Below, one piece after another: positions 58,588 to 64,000 of a DNA stretch of 64,000 nucleotides. The position numbers and the translations under genes are program-made. A model generated the notes under the pieces. That model was not told the origin of the DNA. It did no database searches and worked only from the letters and a program-made list of their open reading frames with translations. The stretch lies in IMG/VR virus record IMGVR_UViG_3300033489_000004, positions 1 through 64,000 of that record; one strand, written 5' to 3'. Every line of letters begins with the position of its first letter. The stretch's first letter is position 1. The DNA comes from a virus.

Positions 58588-59143
58588 ATGTCAGGGTGGA
58601 TGGATAATGCTGTGGTAGGATCTATTGCAAGACAGTACAACTATTCTACGGGTTTTAGTGCCTTAGCTATAGAAGAAAAGAAAATGGCTACCACACTAGA
58701 AAATAGAGCTGTAGCTGATGGTCAGGTGTATAAACCATTAGGATCTCTTGATCAAATAGAAGTTAAGTATATGTTTGATGGGAATTTTACAGCTTGTATT
58801 GTACTTGACCAAGGTAAAGAATCTGTAGGAATTGCAAAAAGAGCTGCGAGCCTGGACAATTATAATAAAGAAACTGGTAAAAAGGTGGCTTTCAGGAGCG
58901 CAGTAAACCATCTTTTGGGTGTTAGTAATAAATACACTAGACAGCATAGTTCTAGGAAATACTATGGATAAAAAGGGTTCCGATTGTGTTGGTATTTGGA
59001 TAAATGGATCTAGGATAACTTGTCCTAACTGTTACACAATAGTAGAACCAACACAACAACATATAGCAAAATGCCCCAATTGTCTAATAAGTTATGAGGG
59101 ACAAAACTTGAAAAACTTATGTGATAAAAGGATATCCAAATGA
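58588..59143 (+). other. hypothetical ORFs (58588-58971 Gp49/DUF2829-like, 58964-59143 Zn-ribbon)
   Basis: ORF track; FTACIV..SVGIA..DNYNKETGKKVAF motif. Confidence 0.5.
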
Positions 59144-59282
59144 GTTATATAAATAGTTTTCTATCCCTGCGCTGCTCATGCGCCAGGCGTTCGGCACACA
59201 GAGAGAAAAGGAGTAGGGGATGAGACAAATGAAGCATAGAGCTCTTGTCGTTCCCCTCAGACAACTTTCTGAGTCACAAATG

Positions 59283-59394
59283 ATCCCGTTCGGTAATCTT
59301 TGAAGCAAAAAGACTTGCGTTCGCCAAAATATTACCGCACGGTAAGTTATTGCTTGACAGGCACTCAATAGTGTGATATATTCCCTATCGGTAA
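59283..59394 (+). promoter_or_regulatory. sigma70 promoter with three operator palindromes
   Basis: TTGACA(59354)-N17-TATATT; ATCCCGTTCGGTAA, TTACCGCACGGTAA, TTCCCTATCGGTAA at exact 49-bp spacing. Confidence 0.8.
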
Positions 59395-59395
59395 C

Positions 59396-59644
59396 ATGAA
59401 TACTAAAAATCCAGAGCAGCTTGGCGCTGCTATTCGCGCAAGGCGCAGACAGTTGAAGGTTACCCAGAAGGATCTGGCGATGACCTGTGGTACGGGTTTG
59501 CGCTTCATTATTGACCTTGAGAAGGGCAAGCCAACCTGCCAAATCGGAAAAATCCTACAGGTTCTCCAAGCCCTGGGGCTCAAGCTCCAGATTGTTAGCC
59601 CTGGCGTTGACACCGGCCAAGGCGAGAAGTCATGGATAAATTGA
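59396..59644 (+). CDS. hipB: HipB-like XRE/HTH antitoxin (y4mF family)
   Basis: LGAAIRARRRQLKVTQKDLAMTCGTGLRFIIDLEKGKPTCQIGKILQVLQALGL. Confidence 0.88.
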   Translation: MNTKNPEQLGAAIRARRRQLKVTQKDLAMTCGTGLRFIIDLEKGKPTCQIGKILQVLQALGLKLQIVSPGVDTGQGEKSWIN

Positions 59645-60060
59645 TCGTTTATCTGAATGCCGAGAGGGTCGGAAGCCTCGAACAAGACGATAGTGGCTTG
59701 CTGCAATTCTCCTACGATCAGACATGGCTTGAAAAGCCGAGTGCCATGCCTCTCTCTCGTTCACTACCTCTCCAAAGCGAGGTGTTCTCGGGGAAAAAGG
59801 CCAGGCCTTTCTTTGCCGGCATACTACCCGAAGAGGGACCACGAAAAAAGATAGCAGAGATCCTCGGAATCAGTGACGCAAATGACTTTGCAATGTTGGA
59901 GAGGATAGGAGGTGTTATAATGAAAGATATACTAGAGTATCCTTGTGGGTTAAGTGGGGTGGATGCAGTAGATTGTGAAATAATATACAGCAAGTGTGGT
60001 ATCTGTTGTGCTGAGTGTGAAGGACCCTGTGATGAAATCTGTGAAGAATGTAAATTATAA
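59632..60060 (+). CDS. HipA N-terminal domain only, fused in frame to a Cys-rich phage peptide (59920-60060)
   Basis: VGSL..FSYDQTWL..PLSRSLPL..PFFAGILPEE..NDFAMLERIGG, then no kinase domain. Confidence 0.8.
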   Translation: MDKLIVYLNAERVGSLEQDDSGLLQFSYDQTWLEKPSAMPLSRSLPLQSEVFSGKKARPFFAGILPEEGPRKKIAEILGISDANDFAMLERIGGVIMKDILEYPCGLSGVDAVDCEIIYSKCGICCAECEGPCDEICEECKL

Positions 60061-60072
60061 AAAGGAGTAGTA

Positions 60073-61297
60073 ATGGAGACTAAAAATGCTAAGATTACAG
60101 GTACTATGTTAGGAATAGAAGATCATGGAATATTTACTTGTTTTATTTGTCTAGAATATGGGGGTAGTGGTCAGGGTTTTGGGGGACATGCTTTAGACGA
60201 ATATGATAAAGAAGCAGATACTCGTATTGGTGTGTCTGGAGGAATAGAGTATATCAGAAAAGTTTTAGAAGTAATAGAAGTAGATTCTTGGGAAGAGTTA
60301 AAAGGAAAATACTGTAGAGTAATAGTGGATAATTTTAAAGTATACTCAATAGGGAATATCACTAAAGAAAAATGGTTTGATCCACAAAAGGACATAAACT
60401 GGAAGGATTAAGTTGAAAATGGTAGAATACTATGATTAAGTGTACTCAGTTAGATAATAAAACTTGTGGCCGGTATCCTTGTGAATATGGACATACCCGC
60501 TGTTGTTATTATTGTTCTAGATTAGTAACATGTTTTGCCAGAGATAATGGATGGAAACTTTGTAATAAGATCTATAAGATATTAGCTAGTAACATTTCTA
60601 TTGGAATAAAGGTAAAGGGTGAGTGCAGTCTATGTAAAGAAGGTTTTGATAGTAACCAGAGTCTCATAAAGCATTTAAAATCTAAAAGACACATCACAAA
60701 GGTATTGAAAGAAATTGAAAATGGTTAAAATAAAAGGTTGGCTATTGAATGAGTTATTACTGATAATGCCGGGTTTAATATTAGGAACTATTTTTTGTGT
60801 GGCTATTATTAATTTTGCTGTATTATTAGCTACAGAAAATAAGCCTAAACCTAAAAAAGAGGAAACAAAAATACGGCAACTTCAAAAAGAAATAGAATAT
60901 CAAAATAAAGTTAACTATAATCTTCAATGGAAGTATGTTGATTTACAACATCAAAAAGATACGGTAGAATTGTACTTGTGGCAATATGGTACGAATCAAA
61001 TTACCAAAGAAGAACTAGCTGCAAAAATAGAGGCCATAGAACCTAGAAGTTTCTTATTAAAGATTAAAAAACACAAATTAAGCTGGGAGAAATAATGAAA
61101 GGAGCATTAACATTATGTGTTTAGAATATATAGGTGGTTTGTTAAGACACTGTTTTAATTGTATACAGAGTGAAAATAAAGAGAAACTTCCTAATAGTAT
61201 AGATAAAGCTAAAATAATTCACCGACTAAACGGAAGTGAGTGTGCTGTTATAACAAAATACTATCTTGATAAAGAAAATCTAAAGAAGCATAGATGA
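60073..61297 (+). other. hypothetical ORFs (60073-60411, 60432-60728 Cys-rich/C2H2, 60721-61095 membrane-anchored, 61115-61297)
   Basis: ORF track. Confidence 0.55.
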
Positions 61298-61956
61298 AAA
61301 TGAATAGCATAAAACTGTGTGTCCGCGATTTAAGCGACTGTATTGAGTTTCCAATATGGCCGGTGGAACCAGAAAAGAATCAGGAGATAAGAGGTCATAT
61401 CTGTTTTCCACCAAGAGGAAGAAGCCACGACTTAGTTTATGTTGAAGGACAAATGGCAAGACTAATAGATATAGGAATAAAGGAAATAACTATACATACC
61501 GCAGGAATTAATCTAACAAAGCTAGTAGAAATCGCTGATTTTGCAAACTATCAAAGAATAGCTCTTAATATTGAAAATCGAAGAGATGGAAGGACAAGCA
61601 GAATAAAGAATTTAGAAAAAATTCTTTGGGCTACCGAGGCTGGCCTAACGCTAGACGTGGGGCATACAGAAGCCAACGGAAATACCGAAGAATATATCAG
61701 AGAATTTGGAGACCTAATCAGAAACGCTCATCTATATAGAATTGAAACAGCTAAAGGACATCAACCTTTTGAGGATTATGCTGATTTCAAAGAGTTAGCT
61801 AAAAAGCTATTCTTTCTTGAAAACCTTAACTGGGTAGTAGTTGAAGTAAATCAAGTAAACCAAATAGTTAAGTGGTGGGAAAGATCTCTTAAAGAGCTTG
61901 AAAAAATACAAAAAGACGCAATAAATGACGCTGGAACTTATCTTGAGGATATGTAA
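61294..61956 (+). CDS. TIM-barrel sugar isomerase/AP-endonuclease-2-like protein
   Basis: ITIHT, LNIEN, LTLDVGH, AHLY, GHQP, VVVE. Confidence 0.7.
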   Translation: MKMNSIKLCVRDLSDCIEFPIWPVEPEKNQEIRGHICFPPRGRSHDLVYVEGQMARLIDIGIKEITIHTAGINLTKLVEIADFANYQRIALNIENRRDGRTSRIKNLEKILWATEAGLTLDVGHTEANGNTEEYIREFGDLIRNAHLYRIETAKGHQPFEDYADFKELAKKLFFLENLNWVVVEVNQVNQIVKWWERSLKELEKIQKDAINDAGTYLEDM

Positions 61957-62168
61957 TGAAAAAGATAAAGTGTACCTACCGTAATTCTATTTCGCCTTAC
62001 TACTGTACTCTAAGTAAAGGTGAATATAGAGAAAATATAAACTATTTTTGTCCGATACGAGAGAATAACTGCTGTATACTGTGTGTTTATCAATTAAGAT
62101 GTCCAGATATTTGTAGGAAAGCTGAAAAGGAAATATAGTATGAGCATTCTGATAGTTGGGGATAAGAA

Positions 62169-62669
62169 ATGGGAAAATTAATCAAAATAAATAGAAGTTG
62201 GTTATATCAAAAATATATCGTTGAAAAATTATCCACATATAAAATAGCAAAACTATGTTCTTGTAGCAGCACAACAATAGCCAATAAACTTAATGAATTT
62301 AATATCCTTATTCGTTCTACTAATGTAAAAGAAAATAATGGTAAATGGCAAGGGGGTAAATATTTAACTGGCAAAGGATACATTAGAGTTAAAGAATATA
62401 ACCATCCTTTTACTGCTAGCTATAGCTATATTTTAGAACACCGTTTAGTAATAGAAAGGTATCTAAGAGAGATGTGCCCCAATCATCCAGCTTTAATAGA
62501 AATTAACGGAGAAAAATATCTTAACCCTAAATGGATAGTTCACCATAAAGGAACTAGATACCCCTTGGGCAGTATTGAAAATAAGCAAGATAATAAAATA
62601 GATAACTTAGGGATATATAAATCTAGTGGATTACATACTAAATATCACCACAGTATAAGGAGATATTAA
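62169..62669 (+). CDS. HTH-HNH homing endonuclease
   Basis: WLYQKYIVEKLSTYKIA, NGKWQGG, GYIRV, YILEHRLVIE, VHHKG..KQDNKIDNL. Confidence 0.8.
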   Translation: MGKLIKINRSWLYQKYIVEKLSTYKIAKLCSCSSTTIANKLNEFNILIRSTNVKENNGKWQGGKYLTGKGYIRVKEYNHPFTASYSYILEHRLVIERYLREMCPNHPALIEINGEKYLNPKWIVHHKGTRYPLGSIENKQDNKIDNLGIYKSSGLHTKYHHSIRRY

Positions 62670-63245
62670 ATGAGTATTCTTGTTATCGGAGACTGTCACG
62701 CAAAAATAGCAGCTTATTTTAGTATAGTCAAAGACTACGATAGGACTATTCAGGTAGGGGATTTTGGGTTTGCTCCCGCCCATAACTGGCATCTGAATAC
62801 CCTAGATCCTACTAAACATAAGGTAAACTTTGGTAATCATGATGATCCAGCATTTTTAAAATCTCCCCATAGTTGTGGCGACTTTAGTTTCTTTGGGGAT
62901 ATTATGACTATTAGAGGGGCCTATTCTATCGACAAAGCTTGGCGAATTGAGGGGTTTAGCTGGTGGACGGAAGAAGAAATGAATTATGAAGAAATGCAGA
63001 AATGTATTGATGTTTATCTGGAAGCAAAACCAAGGGTAATAGTTAGCCACGACTGCCCTGAAACCACAAGAAAGATAATGTTTAATATCCAAAATAAGAC
63101 TAAGACTTCTACTGGACTTGAGCATATGTTTTCTATGCATCAGCCTAAGCTATGGATATTTGGACACCACCATGTTAGCAGAGATGTAGTTATCAATAAA
63201 ACTAGGTTTATTTGTCTAAATGAATTAGAGCCATTTTTGATTTAA
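62670..63245 (+). CDS. calcineurin-like metallophosphoesterase
   Basis: GDCH, GDFG, GNHD, SHDCP, FGHHH. Confidence 0.9.
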   Translation: MSILVIGDCHAKIAAYFSIVKDYDRTIQVGDFGFAPAHNWHLNTLDPTKHKVNFGNHDDPAFLKSPHSCGDFSFFGDIMTIRGAYSIDKAWRIEGFSWWTEEEMNYEEMQKCIDVYLEAKPRVIVSHDCPETTRKIMFNIQNKTKTSTGLEHMFSMHQPKLWIFGHHHVSRDVVINKTRFICLNELEPFLI

Positions 63246-63255
63246 AGAAGGAATA

Positions 63256-63714
63256 ATGAAAAACCTTAAACTTAAAAATAATAGAAAATACAGTATTAAA
63301 AGAAAAGAAGTTATTGAAGTAATTAATAGAGTATATAAAGAGGAAGGTCTTGGGTATCTTCTTTATGAATACCCTTTAATTATTGAATTTGGCAAATCTC
63401 CTACTACCAATACCTTAGATTGGAATAGAAAAAATAGCCCAATAGAAATTTGCCATCTAGCGGGTAATAAAAAGACATGGAAAAAAACTCTTGTACATGA
63501 GCTATACCATTGGATGGATTTTAAAGCTCATGGGAAATGGGATACTAGACAATATATTAAACATATTAATGGACCCCTGCATAAATACTTTTCTAATTTC
63601 CATGAATTTTCTGCAGAAGATTTAGCTATCCGATTATTTGGAGATCAAGATGATAAAGTACGGTGGAGTAAGATTAAAAATGAAGTAAGAAAAAAACCTA
63701 AGCTTTATAATTAA
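63256..63714 (+). CDS. HEXXH zinc-metallopeptidase-like protein
   Basis: LVHELYHWMDF...HEFSAE. Confidence 0.6.
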   Translation: MKNLKLKNNRKYSIKRKEVIEVINRVYKEEGLGYLLYEYPLIIEFGKSPTTNTLDWNRKNSPIEICHLAGNKKTWKKTLVHELYHWMDFKAHGKWDTRQYIKHINGPLHKYFSNFHEFSAEDLAIRLFGDQDDKVRWSKIKNEVRKKPKLYN

Positions 63715-63721
63715 CCTAATC

Positions 63722-63994
63722 TTAATCTTTGTAAATACTAAAGTACCAATAATACTCAGGAAACCTGTCTGTTAGTAGTTTATTAACTTCTTTAATAGAA
63801 AGCCCACTTTCTCCAGGATAATAAATAGTCCATTTATCTATGGTTCCCCTTCTAGACCCGCCAATTTTTTCTTTAAGGTATTCTATAATCATTCCTATCA
63901 TTTGCTCTCTTATCTCATCTGTTTTCTTTATATATTCTAGTTTTGTTTCTTTCAAAGACATTAGTTCTTTTTCCCAAGGAGTATTAAGTAGCAT
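63722..63994 (-). CDS. hypothetical protein (may extend beyond window)
   Basis: ORF track; convergent with + block. Confidence 0.45.
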   Translation of the reverse strand: MLLNTPWEKELMSLKETKLEYIKKTDEIREQMIGMIIEYLKEKIGGSRRGTIDKWTIYYPGESGLSIKEVNKLLTDRFPEYYWYFSIYKD

Positions 63995-64000
63995 TTTTTC

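Larger units (their letters stand above)
59160..59912 (+). other. GC-rich foreign segment carrying hipB-hipA(N-terminus)
   Basis: 30/60 G+C in line 59461 versus 19/60 in line 60061; abrupt junctions. Confidence 0.8.

Noticed and set aside
59117-59993. Several minus-strand ORFs over the hip segment
   Set aside because: By-product of higher G+C; plus-strand hipB/hipA-N explain the region
1-64000. CRISPR array, DGR or retron
   Set aside because: No repeat-spacer array and no reverse transcriptase seen; the Cas4-like gene is in a replication context
1-64000. Genome-wide stop-codon reassignment
   Set aside because: Long genes are intact in code 11, and TGA/TAG end genes at coupled junctions (e.g. 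ATGA at 55087-55090)

Overview
A 64-kb piece of an AT-rich tailed-phage genome (roughly one third G+C by eye, standard genetic code). Layout: (1) 1-16.7 kb, minus strand, is the virion and packaging operon: LamG plus 20-aa-repeat fibre, major capsid, protease/scaffold, portal, TerL and TerS, with an IscB/omegaRNA element inserted right behind the capsid gene. (2) 16.7-17.9 kb is a regulatory/ncRNA region. (3) 18-36.4 kb, plus strand, is replication and nucleotide metabolism: dUTPase, family A DNA polymerase, Cas4-like nuclease, SSB, primase-helicase, RecA and class II RNR (each with a LAGLIDADG intein), dCMP deaminase and a frameshifted GT4. (4) 36.5-43.8 kb, minus strand, holds small genes and a tRNA array. 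(5) 44-63.7 kb, plus strand, holds early/accessory genes: DnaN clamp, SNF2 helicase, Xer-like recombinase, RuvB, HNHs and a phosphoesterase. The most striking observation is that the divergent early-type region at 42.2-44.7 kb carries seven promoters matching the flagellar sigma-28 (FliA/SigD/WhiG) consensus, TAAAG-N14/15-GCCGATAA. An eighth sits in front of a second tRNA-Leu(UAA). This suggests a phage whose early programme is gated by the host motility sigma factor, alongside Rex/CRP- and NrdR-like boxes. Also notable: a captured GC-rich hipB plus kinase-less hipA-N (HipS-like) cassette, several unannotated structured RNAs, and an in-frame UGA aligned to Cys. All calls come from reading motifs by eye; no searches were run.
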